From the NCBI RefSeq assembly GCF_009914755.1, contig NC_060935.1: DNA of 64,000 bases. One strand, written 5' to 3'. The stretch is from the human T2T-CHM13v2.0 reference genome, Homo sapiens. The position numbers were made by a program, and so were the translations under genes. This document shows, in pieces, positions 10,940-23,909 of the stretch. The notes under the pieces are model-generated. The model was not told where the DNA came from, did not search any database, and saw only the letters and a list, made by a program, of their open reading frames with translations. The stretch's first letter is position 1. Each line of letters opens with the position of its first letter.

Positions 10940-13439
10940 CATGGGCTGTCCTGTTCCTGACAGGAACAGGATTTAATAATGGGCAGGAGGCCCATCCACA
11001 TTAGCTCCACCTGCAATACTCCAAGTAGGTGAGTGGTGAACTTCCTAACATACAAAATCTGCCAATGGCTTCCCAGTGACCTTAGGTTAAAATTTAAACT
11101 TCTTAAAATGTGATACACAAAGCCCTTCAAAAGCTGGTCCCTGCTACCTCTCCTTCCTTCCATGACTGCCACTCCCATTGAAAGCCACTGCAAGAATTAC
11201 TGTTCTTTCTTTTCTATACCCTCCCTGGGCTTTCCTGATGCTGTTCACCTTGTCTGAAGTACCCTTCTCCACTCTTCATGTGGTTAACTCTATCCATCTT
11301 TCAGAGCTCAGTTTTTCCAAGATGCCTTCCCTGGTCCTCCCAGATGATGCTTCCACAGGAACTTGTATCTCCCCCTATCACAGCATGCACATGTGTCTAT
11401 TTTTTGTGTCATCAAAACTGTTCATCTTCTGTTGAACTCACTGGACTGTAAAGCTCTGAGGGCAGGGATATGCTGTGCCCAGCTCGATGCCTGGCACACA
11501 CCAGGCACTCACTTCACATTTGATGAATGCAGAGAATGCTTAGTAAGGTTTTAAAAGTCTGTTTCCAGAAGGATAGATACCATGTTATATTAACCCATAT
11601 TCATCCATAAGTCTAGCAAACTGTGTGCTGGATAAAGGCATACATAGGGAAAAAAACATTTATTGTTTGGATTGTGAGTAAAACAGAATTCTCTTAGTGG
11701 TTCCCAAGATGATGGAACCACAACTCATCACAAGGAATCTTCAGGTTGCACCGGGAATAATCCAAATGCAAGTCACACAACACTTGGCATTTGAAAAAAA
11801 AAAATCATTTTCCATTGAGGATTTAAATCAATTTTAATAAGCGCAAAATCAGACATCAAATAAATGGAACTACAATACTAATTATTTATCCAGACAAAGC
11901 TTTCCAAACCCCACCCCAACTCCTACCCCTGGAAGACAGAATTAATACATAGGGTCTTTTGGCTTAATAAAAGGACTTCTAGTATCTTAAAAGTTTGAGA
12001 ACCGATGTCCAGTGAAGTAGACTTGGAATCCTCATTGTTTTCACGCAGCACTAGGTACAAGAGATTCCACAGTATGGATCCTACAACGTATGCATTGACA
12101 GAAGAGTTCCTGCTCTCTCAAAGGGCTTTGCTCTCCAAAGAAAAAAGAACATGTAACAGTGCCACACCAAACTTGCCATTTAAAAATGCCCTTCAGAAAT
12201 CACAAGCTGAGATTTCTGGTGCTTGTTTTGCATTTACTTTGGCAGCCTAGGAAGATGAAGGAAAACAGATCAGCAATAGAAGGAATGAAGGAAGGAGTCT
12301 TTGTGGGGTAAGAGATGGGAAATGAATAGGAGGTACAGCAGTGCTGTGCACAGCACCAAACTGGGTATCCAAAGACATATGCCCCGGCCCCAGATCCCCA
12401 AGAAACTGGAGCTTCCCTGAGGGTTTCGTGAAGTAACGTACCCAAGAGCCCTTGTAAAGGATAAAGCCCTCTGCAGATAACCAGTCTCCTAACTCAGTGA
12501 TTATCTGAGATATGAGAGCTTTATGAACTAAAATGTGTTGTGCAAATGTCAAGATTTAATATTAGAGGCAGAAAACAGATGTTGTGTTTTTATTCTATAA
12601 TTAATGGGATGTGCTATGCCATAAGTATACCTTGCAATTTGTTGCCTTTGCTATTCTAATACCTTTCTTCAATGTCTGTCCTTGGAAGAGTTCCAGAGTA
12701 AGACAAAAACTATAGAGAGAATACAATAGAGAGAATATGAAACCAGGCCAGGATTAAGTAAGAGACTTGGTTCCAGAAGACACTAAAACAGTATCTGCAA
12801 AGATACAACCTAGTGTCTTGAGTGTTCCTAGGATGCATAGGATTGGAGAGGAGCTATCAAGGTAAGACCTCTGTACAATCCTCAGGCCAGCTGTCTCTGC
12901 CCCTTATCTGAAGGTGTCACGTGGCAGTGAAGACCCAAGCTCAATTCTCTTACAAGAACAGAAAACCACAGGCAATGAAACAATATCTAGTTCTCTACCT
13001 TAAAACGCTACTAGCTAGGGTGATCTTTCTGGACCCTAAATGACAAAGTCTGTAGTCATATACCATCAACCTAAAGGAGAGACAGTGATCTGCCTATGTA
13101 CTGGCAAATAATCTTCAGAAGAAAATAGTGATTAGAACTGAAATTATTATATTTAGCAGATATTTATATCCCTTCCAGTCCCCATTCTTATTTTATACCT
13201 TAATGCAGGCCTATAGTTTGGTAATTTTAATACAACTACTTGCTGGGGCTAACCAGGGCCTGTCAACAGCTCCTCTCAGTGTTCTAGAATAGAAATTGGC
13301 TAATAAAAACTGTTAACCGCTCTTTTCCAATGCTGCTGCTGTTCTTTAAAACGAAAGATTAGCCCAGTACAATCCTTCTAATGGACATATTCTTTTATTC
13401 TTGATTGTCCTATATACAAGCGCTTACCTAAGCTTTCCA

Positions 13440-13665
13440 CATAATGGTTAGTGGCCTTGGCACGCTGGGTTTGAATCCCTGACCTCGAATCCCTGACCTC
13501 GCTTATTAGCCTTGTAACACAATTTCCCTAAGCCTCAGTCTTATCCTCAAAAATGTGGCTAATACTACTTATCTCATGTGGTTGTTTTAAGGAGTAAATG
13601 AAATAACCTATAGAAACCCTTCAGTATAGAGTCTGGCATAGGGTAGGTGCTCAATATATTTTATT
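13440..13665 (+). mobile_element. MIR
   Basis: ctgggtttgaatcc...aagcctcagt...ctggcatagggtaggtgctcaata. Confidence 0.75.
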
Positions 13666-14808
13666 CATTTTCCTTCAAGCTATTTGAAATCGTTTTGGGA
13701 AGAAGGCAAGATTTAAATGATAAACAAGCAAACAGTTCTCTATTGCATCATAATTACAAAAAAACAGATGGCATAAGGAAAATCTTGGTCGGTCTATTGT
13801 TATATCAAAGAAACCATGCTAAACCAAAAAAAAAATCCTTGCTTTGGAGGCACTTATGAAGTAGGATTAAATGAAAGTGTTGGAATACAGATGAGAAGGA
13901 ACCTTAGACACAGGTTCTCCCACCGAAGACCATATCAGCAATGCTTCTAATTACCAATATATCAAAGTCCTCTCCACTCCCTGTAACTGGCAGGAGACAA
14001 TCTGAGGCAAACTCAGTGTACCAAGAAGTCCTGTGAAAACTTAACCTAGACAGCACAATGAATGAAAGGGAATGAATTCCCTGGCTTTTGGCCTTCTAAC
14101 ACGTGACCAGTATGCTTCAAAACATGTTTAAAACTGTTTCTGTAAAATATTTTTGCCACCTAAGTTTCCCCCCCGCCCCTTCATAAAAGTGATATTTGAG
14201 TAGTGAGGGGAGAAATGGCTCAAAATTTGTTACAAGAGGTTCCAAAGAAAGATAATAAGGTATAGAGAAAGGGAAGACAGGAAGAAAGAGAAAGAGGTCA
14301 AGTATGTAGTGGATAGTACAGGGAAGTCACAAGTATCTTCTGCCTGGAAATGCTGCAGATTTTGTGGTTAGCCTCAAGATATTAGGTGGGAATAAACATG
14401 TCATTGAGAGTAAATGTAAACACAAAAATGAAAAATAAAAATTGTAACAATTCACTTTATTCTAAACTAAAATGTTTTTGATGGTTATATATGGCAGGCC
14501 TAGGAGGCAATGTTAGACAGTAGATAGTTGCTTTCGGCGGAGGGTGACCTGTGTTCTGTCCACTGCTCTACATTGTAAAGAGGTGTCATCTTGGACAAGT
14601 CACGGCAGCTCATGTTGAGTCTTGGGATGATTCTTTATCTAAAGGTAGAGAACTAAACCAGCTTTTTGATGGTGATGAGGAGGGGTTTTGAGAGGAACAA
14701 GGATATACAGCATCTCTATTGAATATTTGGGCCATAATGTAACAGCCTAGGATGCTGAGATTTACTCAAGAGCTGAGGACGGCTAGGGGCCAAACACAGA
14801 TTTTTAAG

Positions 14809-15092
14809 TTTTGAGATAGGGTTTACTCTGTTGCTAAGACTGGAGTGCAGTGGCAAGATCACAACTCACTGCAATCTCTGCCTCCCAGGTTCAGGCCATC
14901 CTCCCACCCCAGCCTCCTAAGTATCTGGGACTACAGCACATGCCACCATGCCCAGCTAATGTTTAAATTTTTTATAGAGAAGGGGTCTTGCCATGTTGCC
15001 CAGGCTGGTCTCAAATACCTGGGCTCAAGTGATCTGCCAGCTTTGGCCTCCCAAAGTGTTAGGATTACAGGTGTGAGCCACTGCACCCAGCC
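14809..15092 (-). mobile_element. AluJ
   Basis: Dimeric Alu; TSD caaa(c/t)acagatttttaag at 14791-14808 and 15094-15111. Confidence 0.9.
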
Positions 15093-16563
15093 TCAAATAC
15101 AGATTTTTAAGAGGCCAGATTTATACACCTGGCCATCATGGTCATGTTGATTAACCTCCATCATGAAGCTAGGCTTTTTAACCTTCAGGAAAACTACCCC
15201 AGAGCAGTTAATGGCCTAAATAAAGGAGGTCAAGCTATATGCCTCAGTTTAAAACAGAACATGACAAATTAACCTGAAGCAGGAAAAGGAGGGGACATCA
15301 AACCTGACACCCATCCTGATAAGAGTAACTGCTCTCTCATTTGACAGCCAGAGTTAAACTAGATGTATGCAATCCCTACAACAAACATAGTCAATGCCAA
15401 TCAGATAGTCAGAGGAACCATCATTTAATGGGAAATAACACAATAACATATATAACAGAGCTGACCTGAGGTGTTGCTATAGATAATTCATAACAGCAGT
15501 AAATTCAAAAGTCATTTACTATGTTTTTAGCTTTGTCATTAACACAGCCTGTGTGGATACTCCCTGTTTCACGTCTAGATGACTTCCTCCTGGCTTTGCT
15601 CAAGGGTCCTTTAGCATTTGAGGAGATGATAAGGGATGGGATCCCCGCCTGTTGAACCAGAGGAATCTGAGGAGTACCAGGTTTCCACTGAAGACTAAAT
15701 CATGATCCAAAGAAGGAATCTCAGAAGTCATTCTTGTCGTGGGCATGGCTTAACGTCTGTCTCCCCACTGTGGGCCCTGCCCTCGAGAGCAAGGGTCTCC
15801 TTATTCATTTTTATATTCCCAGTGCCTACCACTTTGTCAAGCCCTTAGTAGAAAAGGTATTCAATAAACGCACATTGAGTTTAAGCTTTCTATTTCTCCT
15901 CCCCCAACTAGTATATATTACAGAAGCACTGAAAATTCAGAAATCAGCCAGTGTCAGGGCTCCTGGGTAATAAACCATTCACAGGGATAGCTGTAGGAAT
16001 TTGGCATTAGCATTTATTCCAATCTCTTGGGGGTAATCAAGTGGCATAATCATGCCCTGCTTTACTGTGTAGCATAAGGCCAGTAGAGAAAAACATCAAG
16101 AGGGGAGGAGGACAAGGGATGGAGTTCAATACACAAATATCTACTGAGCGTCAATTACGTGTCCCACACTATTCAAGGTGCTGGGCAAAGAAAGATAAAA
16201 AAAGCAGAAGCTCTGACCTTGAGGAACTTAACAGGTAGTTAAGAAATTGCAGAATTTTAGCAATACTAGGAATTCACAGCAAAAGCCCAGAATACAGGTG
16301 TAATATTTTTGATCAAAACGTGAAGCCCCTATCAAGAGAATTAAGAAAATCAAGGGGAAGAACTCATCAATATTTCACCTCAAATTTGGCATATAGCATT
16401 CAGTTGTTTTAAGTACGCTTTCTTAATTTTGCGAACAAAATATTCAGACCTAAGTGATTATCTATAAAAGATCAGATTACTAGTTTCCAACACAGAAGTA
16501 CTCAAACAAAGGTATTCTGAACCTCAACCTACTGCAATACGTATATCACATTTGGCCAAAAGG

Positions 16564-16737
16564 TAGTTGTTCTCAAAGTGAAGAACCCAGATCTGCAGCA
16601 TCAGTACCTGAGCCTTGTTAGAAGCATAAATTCTCAAGCCCCAGCACAGACCTATTACCAGAAACTCTAGGGGTGGGCCCCAGCAATATGCGTTTAACTA
16701 GCCCTTCAGGTGCTTATAGTAAGTTTGAGAACCACCA
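16564..16737. mobile_element. MER5A hAT MITE
   Basis: TIRs tagttgttctcaaa / tttgagaaccacca; internal cagaaactctaggggtgggcccc. Confidence 0.8.
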
Positions 16738-16901
16738 CCTAGCAAATGAAGTAAATCTGAAGTTCATGCAGAAAGCCATTGCTGGCCAAACTAAAGGGTT
16801 TGCTGGTGAGAGAACAGCAAAAACAAGGGGTCTAGAACTGTTTCACATTTTAAATCTGTGCCAAATTTACTGGGAAAAAAAAATGTAAACCTGTAACTTA
16901 C

Positions 16902-16977
16902 CTCATCTGTACAATTTGCAATGGCTGAGTCCCTCACATTGTGGTAAACCTTGTTGTACCCTTGGAATGATTGTCTA
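16902..16977 (-). other. ZNF202: Probable ZNF202 5' UTR exon 3
   Basis: Acceptor ctatattgcag| (followed by tag, a NAGNAG); consensus donor GAG|gtaagt. Confidence 0.7.
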
Positions 16978-17201
16978 CTGCAATATAGTATATACACAGA
17001 GTACAAAAAGGGTATAGCTGGAGGAGAAAGGGTGAAAGATTATGAATCCCAGGCGTTTGGTCCTAGGAGGAAAAATTCCTGTCCTCTCTCCAACCCTGCC
17101 CACCCTCTTATGCTAGATAGTAACAGCAGAAAGTTATCCAAGACTGCTCCGCGTTCACACGCTTCCCACCAACAAACCTCCTCCCAAGGCTATCCCACAA
17201 C

Positions 17202-17321
17202 CTTTCTGAAGTAGCTTCCTGGATCAAGCCCCACGGGGCAGCTTGGAAGAGAAGCTGGGAGGGATGAGGGGCTCCACTAGCATTCCTTGTGGCTTCTGAG
17301 TGTAGCTGCCCTGGGTGTCAC
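17202..17321 (-). other. ZNF202: Probable ZNF202 5' UTR exon 2 (3' boundary uncertain)
   Basis: Strong acceptor tttttctctatccacgctctgcag|G; weaker donor AAG|gttgtg. Confidence 0.6.
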
Positions 17322-17879
17322 CTGCAGAGCGTGGATAGAGAAAAAGCAACAGTTCTAAGCCCAGCCTCTAAGTGAGAGCCTGGGATCTAGCGCTGCTCCC
17401 CAGGACCAAGGTTGTTCAAGAAAGGCTGGGTCTAAGAGTCTCCCTCTGGGGAGGTCAGTACAGATTCCAAGGCAGACAGGGTTATCAAAGCGCCTAGAAG
17501 ATGAGAACATTCATTGTTCAGAAAAACAAAAATTAGACTGACACCTTTCTGAAGGAACACAGCCTATCCATGGCACAAAAACAAATTTTTAATCAAGACA
17601 CTCAAGAAGTAGGTATACTCCTGCTAAAAGTAACGCAGGTGCTGAGAAGAGGTGCCAAAACTGGCTGTTAGGAGTGGGAGGAGAGGAAAGTTGCAAGTGG
17701 AGACAGCAGCTACTGGCTTGAGGGGAACCTCAGGGTCTGTCACAGTGACAGCTGAAAAGCCTCTGGCCAAATGGACGCCAAGGACTACTATCATCACAGG
17801 TGACAAGATCACGGGTGAGTGTATCTGGGTGTGTGCTGGGGGGCTGAGGGGGGCTTGGTGGTGTAAGGAGATGGGGCTA

Positions 17880-18650
17880 GCCGGGGCAAGGAGCCCGCGG
17901 AGATGATCTTAAGCAATCTGAGAGGAGGGGTAAGAAAAAGCTGCGGAAAATAAAGGGGCCTAGACCACTCCTCCCTCGGTTCCGGGGGGACAGTTGGCGC
18001 GGAAGCGTTAGGAGGTACGAGGTACGGACTAACTACATTTCTGCAGGCCCCAGGAGGGGGCGGAGGGCGGTGGCTGGAAAGGAAAGGAAGCCGGGAGCGC
18101 CATCCGTGTCCCCGGAGATACTGGCTCCGGCCACCAGGAAACACAGAGACCACAACGTCTCGGCACCCTCAGTACACCGCCGCCACCCCTTCCCCAGGAC
18201 ACGGCGATTTCCCCAGACTCTGGGGGGCGGGGTCTCCGGTCCCTCCCCCTCCTCCCCGCCCTGCCCGGCTCTGCCCGATCTGGTCCGGCCCGGTCCAGCC
18301 CGGCCCGGCCCAGCCCAGCCCACTCAGGACTCACGGCTCCGACAGCTCCGGCGGCTCCTCCCCTGCCCCGGCTTCTCTCCCACCCACTCCCGACCGAAAC
18401 AGCGCCGCCGGATCCGAGCCGCGCGGGGCCTAGCGGGTCGGAACACGTGGGGCCTTTGCGCCCGGAACCGGAAGCGATCGCTCGCCCCGCCTTCTCGCCG
18501 AGTAGGAGCCTTTCTAGGCTGTGGGAGGTTTGATCCTCTCTATGCGCCCTCCGCGGGTTGCGGCTAAGTGCTCCCCAAGGACCCAGTGCGAAGAAGCCTC
18601 GGACCCCACAGCTGCCGTCCGCGACCCCTAACTCCACTCTGCAGCGAATA
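17880..18650. promoter_or_regulatory. ZNF202: CpG island / ZNF202 promoter
   Basis: GC- and CpG-rich; E-box CACGTG 18444-18449; tandem ETS CCGGAA-CCGGAAG 18462-18474; GC box near 18484-18491; no TATA. Confidence 0.9.
18335..18460 (-). other. ZNF202: ZNF202 non-coding exon 1 (TSS approximate)
   Basis: Donor GCC|gtgagt at 18335/18334 inside the CpG island, just downstream of ETS sites. Confidence 0.7.
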
Positions 18651-19307
18651 AATTAACATCTTGGGCCTTTCATTTACAGGCATACCTTCTGCAAGGGTTT
18701 TCTTTTTCTTTTCTTTTTTCTTTTCTGTTTTTGATCTTTTGTGTGTTTGTTTTCATTTGGATACCTCTACGTGTTTTTCTTGATTTTTTTTTCTTTGCAT
18801 TGTCCGCTGCAACATGGTAGAAAAGGGCAGCGTTAGGTTTGAATACTGGCTCTTGCAGTCACCATCAGCAGCAGGGCCTCGGCCGAATCTCTCCATCTTT
18901 GAACCCTATTGTGCATCATATAAAACGGGCATAATAATACCGTTACTCTGAGGACTAAATGATACATTGCACATGAACTGAATGGAACATCAGAAGCTCA
19001 GAAAGAAAATAGTTATGGTATCACTGTTCTTTCTTTTCCTTTGAGTGTTGCTTCGTATTTCTTTACTTTCAGGCTGTCTTCCCTGATCTCATTTGTTCAT
19101 TTTTGTCTGTTCGGTGACCTTTCTGCCCATACCTGACATTTTCCTTTGCTCTCTGTCCCTTTTACCCTGTAAGTCACCACTCTCCACGTGCCATGTGCCA
19201 CTTCCTTTTCATGGGACACATTGCTGGGATCTGTTTACTGGGTTTGAACCAAAGGATTAGTTACTTTTGGTGGAGCGGCAGTGTATTAGCGAAACAGAAC
19301 TAATAGG

Positions 19308-19554
19308 TGTGAACCCAGAAGGCAGGACAACTCAAAGCGGGGAGGGGGCTTCCAGGTCATAGGTAGATAAGACACAAATGGTTGCATTGAGTTGCTGATT
19401 AGCCTCTCCGGAAGGAGGCAATCAGATATGCATTTATCTCAGTGAGCAGAGAGGTGACTTTGAATAGAAGGGGAGGCAGGTTTGCCCTAAGCAGTTCCCA
19501 GCATGAATTTTCCCTTTAGTGATTTTGGGGGCCCCAAATCACTTTCCTTTCACA
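19308..19554 (-). mobile_element. MER4A-like ERV1 LTR with internal deletion
   Basis: Termini tgtgaaccc / ttcctttcaca; caggtttgccctaagcagttccc. Confidence 0.8.
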
Positions 19555-19866
19555 CGGGGTATGTATAAACATATAAAAGGAGATTTATTATAAGGAGTTG
19601 GCTTACATAATTATGGACGTTGAGAAGTCCCACCATCTGCTTACTGCAAGCTGGAGAAATAAGGAGGTTGGTGGTATAATTCAGTCTAAAGCTGAAGGCC
19701 TGAGAACTGGAAAGGGATTGAGGTGCTGGTGTCTGAAGGCCAGAGAGCAGGAGGAGATGATGTCCCAGCTCAAGAAGAGAGAGGTGAATTTACTTTTCCT
19801 CTGCCTTTTTATACTATTTGGGCCCTCAATGGATTGGATGGTGCCTACGCATAGTGGTGAGAGTGA

Positions 19867-20181
<315 letters not shown>

Positions 20182-20354
20182 TAGTCAAGTTGACACATAA
20201 AATTACCCAATACAAAGAGAAATATACATTTCATGAAAGCCTACTGTGTACCAAATATTTTTCTCTGTAAATCTCATTGAATATTTTAAAATATTGGTAT
20301 TAAGTGCATAAATAATACATAAACATCTTCTTCTAAACATTTAATGCATTACAG

Positions 20355-20841
20355 TGTTAAAGGAAAAATTATTCAGTGATACTTGTTAGAGCATGGTAAG
20401 GGAGACCTTATTCAGGACCAGGAAAGGTAAAGAAACCACTGCAATGAAGTCTTGCTGTAGGGATGAGAGATTGGGCTGAACTCTGAATACAGAATGGGCA
20501 AGTGGGAATTTATAGTCAAGGAACTTTTTTTGGAGTTTGGGACGTCGATGGATTGAAAATTACTAAGGGGAAACATCAGGCTTAAGGCGGATTCTGGCTA
20601 AGTCAACCTAATAGGATTCTTGCTGAAGACAGGCCAGGTTGATCAGACATCACCTGGGGCATGATGGAGGATGAGGACACTGACCAGGTATTAAGGATGG
20701 TCAGATATCAAGGATGGGGGTGTTCCTGCCAAAGGACTTAGAGTTCTTTGCTAACAGTAGATTTTACAAGGAAGTACGCCGATAGCCCTAGGAGAAGTTT
20801 CAGAAGCCTGACAAGTTTGGCGAAGAAAAGAGATTTTGTCA
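20355..20841 (-). mobile_element. ERV1 solo LTR (MER31-like)
   Basis: TG..CA ends; flanks acag/atgg compatible with a CpG-decayed ACGG 4-bp TSD. Confidence 0.7.
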
Positions 20842-20858
20842 ATGGATAAAGCTAATGA

Positions 20859-21154
<296 letters not shown>

Positions 21155-21319
21155 GCTAATGACATTTTTACCAACCCTGGCTTCCTCCTCTCTCTCCAGA
21201 AGTTAGCTGTTCTTATGACCCTAATGTATTTATCTTCCAGATATTTTTATTTTCATGTGCTGTGTACATATGTATCCACAGAAAGTACATAGTATTATTT
21301 TCTGTGTACTTGTGTGTAT

Positions 21320-22270
21320 ACCTGTGTGTTCATGTTGAATTCTTCCATTTGTTTTCTCTTAGCAGTGGGCCTTGGAGATCTGTTGATAGCGGTAAATAAA
21401 AATCTCCCTTATTCCTTCTGCTTTCTGCATAACATTCCATAGTCTGAATAGCAATTTGCCTGTTGAAAACATAAGTTTTTATAATTGTTGGGATTACAAA
21501 CAATGCTATAATGATCACCCTCTTTGTGCGTACATGCAATGGTACTCTGAGACGGATACTGAGAAAGAGTATTGCTGGGTCAAAGGTTGCACACTTTTAA
21601 TGAATACTGCCAAGTTTTCCTCCCAAATGAATGCACCTGTTTACACCCTTAACAACAGTATACAAGATTTTTTCCCTGTATCCATGCCCTTACCTCATGT
21701 TGCCGGAATTGTAAATCTCAGCCAGTTTAATGGGCAAAAATAATATCTAATTGTTTTACTTTGCCTTCCCATCGTTAATGGTGAGACTGAACTTTCTTTC
21801 ATACATTTGTTGGTAATTTGTAGTTTTCCTGTGAGTTTTATTTTTATATTGGACTTTTTGTTTTTTTAAATTGGTTGTTAGATGTTCTTTATGTATCCTA
21901 GATCCTAATGATTTTACGTATATATTGCAAGAGATATATTAATTTTATGTGTCTTGACTAAGTTCATGAAAGCCTGCTGTGTATAAGATGTTTTTCTCTA
22001 TAAATCTCATTGAATATTTTTAAATATTAATATTAAATTAATGTTTTCCTTAACTTTCTAGATTATTGTCTAACTTTGTAGTATTAAAGTTTCAAATCTG
22101 ATACACTCTTTCCCCCGCTTCAAATTAGGTGTTTTATTTAAGAATATCTTTTCTGCACCAAAGTCATAAAGGCTTCTCCTGTATGTTCTTCTACTACTTT
22201 TTGCTTTTCCTTTTTATGGTTAGATTTGGAATTTATTTTTGTGAATGATATAAATTGGGGATTCTAATCT
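21320..22270 (-). mobile_element. Old L1 (L1ME-like) remnant
   Basis: gtattgctgggtcaaagg...tttacacc...gttctttatgtatcctagat. Confidence 0.6.
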
Positions 22271-22813
22271 AATATCAGTGGTAATCAATTTCTACTTGGA
22301 AAACATGGAGTATGAGATATTTACATAATAGAGGATATATTTACATACAAAAGATATATTCCATATGTGATGTGATCAGAATTCTGTCAGCGCAGTTAGC
22401 TGGTCCTTCATTTGTCAATGATTTTTTGAGTGACTGCTCTTACAAGACACTGTGGTAGGTATATGGAACAGAATGGAGAATAAGAAAGACGTAATATCTG
22501 TTCTCGATCTAACTTTCAACTGGTGTGTGTGTGTGTGATATGAAGGAGTTGGGGAAGAAGAAAACAGTTTAAATAACTTACGCAATTCACTAACTGTGGT
22601 TATTTAATTATGATTAATTAAATTAATTATAATTATTGTAAGTTCTCCAGAGAAATACAGAGTGCTACAAGAACTTGTTACTGGAGGTCCTAATCCTGGT
22701 GGTGGTGCTGTTAGAGAGGTAGTTAGGGAAAGCTTTCTTGAATAGTGACATTTGAACTGAGTCTGTGGAATGCCTGGGCAGGATGAGCCTGGGGGTGAGG
22801 TTGGGAGATGGGG

Positions 22814-23332
22814 TATAAACCAAAAAGTGTCTGAGACAGACCTCAATTGATTTAGAGGTTTATTTTGCCAAGGTTGAGGATGCACCGTGGAAAAGTAGAC
22901 ACAAGTTGCAGTAGGATCTGTGGCCTGTGCTTTTTCCAAAGAGGACTTCAATATGTAAAGCAGAAAGAGCAGGCAGGAGAGGAAGGAGGAAAGAAGAAAA
23001 AGGGGAGGGTAGGCACCTAGCAAGAAGTCCCATTCTTGTGAAGCTCTGACCAGTGCTCAGCAATCCACATTTTACATCTGAAAAGAAAGTAGTGGGGACA
23101 AAGTCAATTATGCATAGATCTGCATTTTCTATGAGGTAAAGTAAATGTGAAGTAAAGTAAATATGCCTAGAAACAAAAGGAATTTCAGAAACACATGTGT
23201 TTAGAAACAAAAAGTATGTGTTTAGAAACAAAAAAAAAAGGAAGACAGTTTTTGCGTGATTTAGCTCCCAAGCATAGCTTTTCCCTTTGGCATAGTGAGT
23301 TTGGGGTCCCAAGATTTTGTTTTCCTTTTACT
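22814..23332 (-). mobile_element. MER4-group ERV1 LTR
   Basis: tctgagacag...tttattttgccaaggttgagg...ttggggtcccaagatt. Confidence 0.8.
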
Positions 23333-23556
23333 GAGGTGAGTAAAAAAGAATACTTGAAGTAATGGGAAATAGTGTATACCACAGCTCTGAAATGGGAAGG
23401 AGCCTTGGTGTACTGGAGAAACTGAGAAGAGGCTGGTGTGGCTGCGGTCTGACAGCAATAGAGGAATTTGTGAGGCCTGATATTGTGGACAGAGATCAGA
23501 CCTAATAGACTAATGGTCTTATAGGCCAAATTAACTGCTGAAATTAATGAGAAGCT

Positions 23557-23862
23557 GGTCAGGTATGGTGGCTCACACCTATAATCCCAGCTCTTTGGGA
23601 GGTTGAGGTGGGTGGAACCCTTGAGCTTAGGAGTTCGAGACCAGCCTAGGAAACATGGTAAAACCCTGTCTCTACAAAAAAAATGCACACACACACTCAC
23701 ACTCACTTAGCTAGGTGTGGTGGCATGCATCTGTCATCCCAGCTACTCAGGAGGCTGAGGTGGGAGGATCACTTGAACCCCAGAGGTAGAGGTTGCAGTG
23801 AGCCGAGATCGTGCCACTGCACTCCAGCCTGGGCAACAGAGTGAGATGCTGTCTCCAAAAAA

Positions 23863-23901
<39 letters not shown>

Positions 23902-23909
23902 AATAAATA
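23557..23909 (+). mobile_element. AluJ with (TAAA)n tail and (CA)n middle linker
   Basis: TSD aattaatg(a/g)gaagc at ~23542 and ~23911. Confidence 0.92.

Larger units (their letters stand above)
715..18460 (-). other. ZNF202: ZNF202 gene span (about 9 exons; TSS and 3' end approximate)
   Basis: Coding exons 7265-7666, 6393-6603, 5915-6003, 4922-5051, 4265-4384 and 2786-3780 sum to 1947 nt (648 aa + stop), with compatible phases and GT-AG ends. N-terminus [22 protein letters not shown] recognised as ZNF202. Confidence 0.95.

Noticed and set aside
17652-18637. Long overlapping ORFs (84-202 aa) in the CpG island
   Set aside because: Stop-poor GC-rich sequence; low-complexity G/R/P/A peptides with no domain
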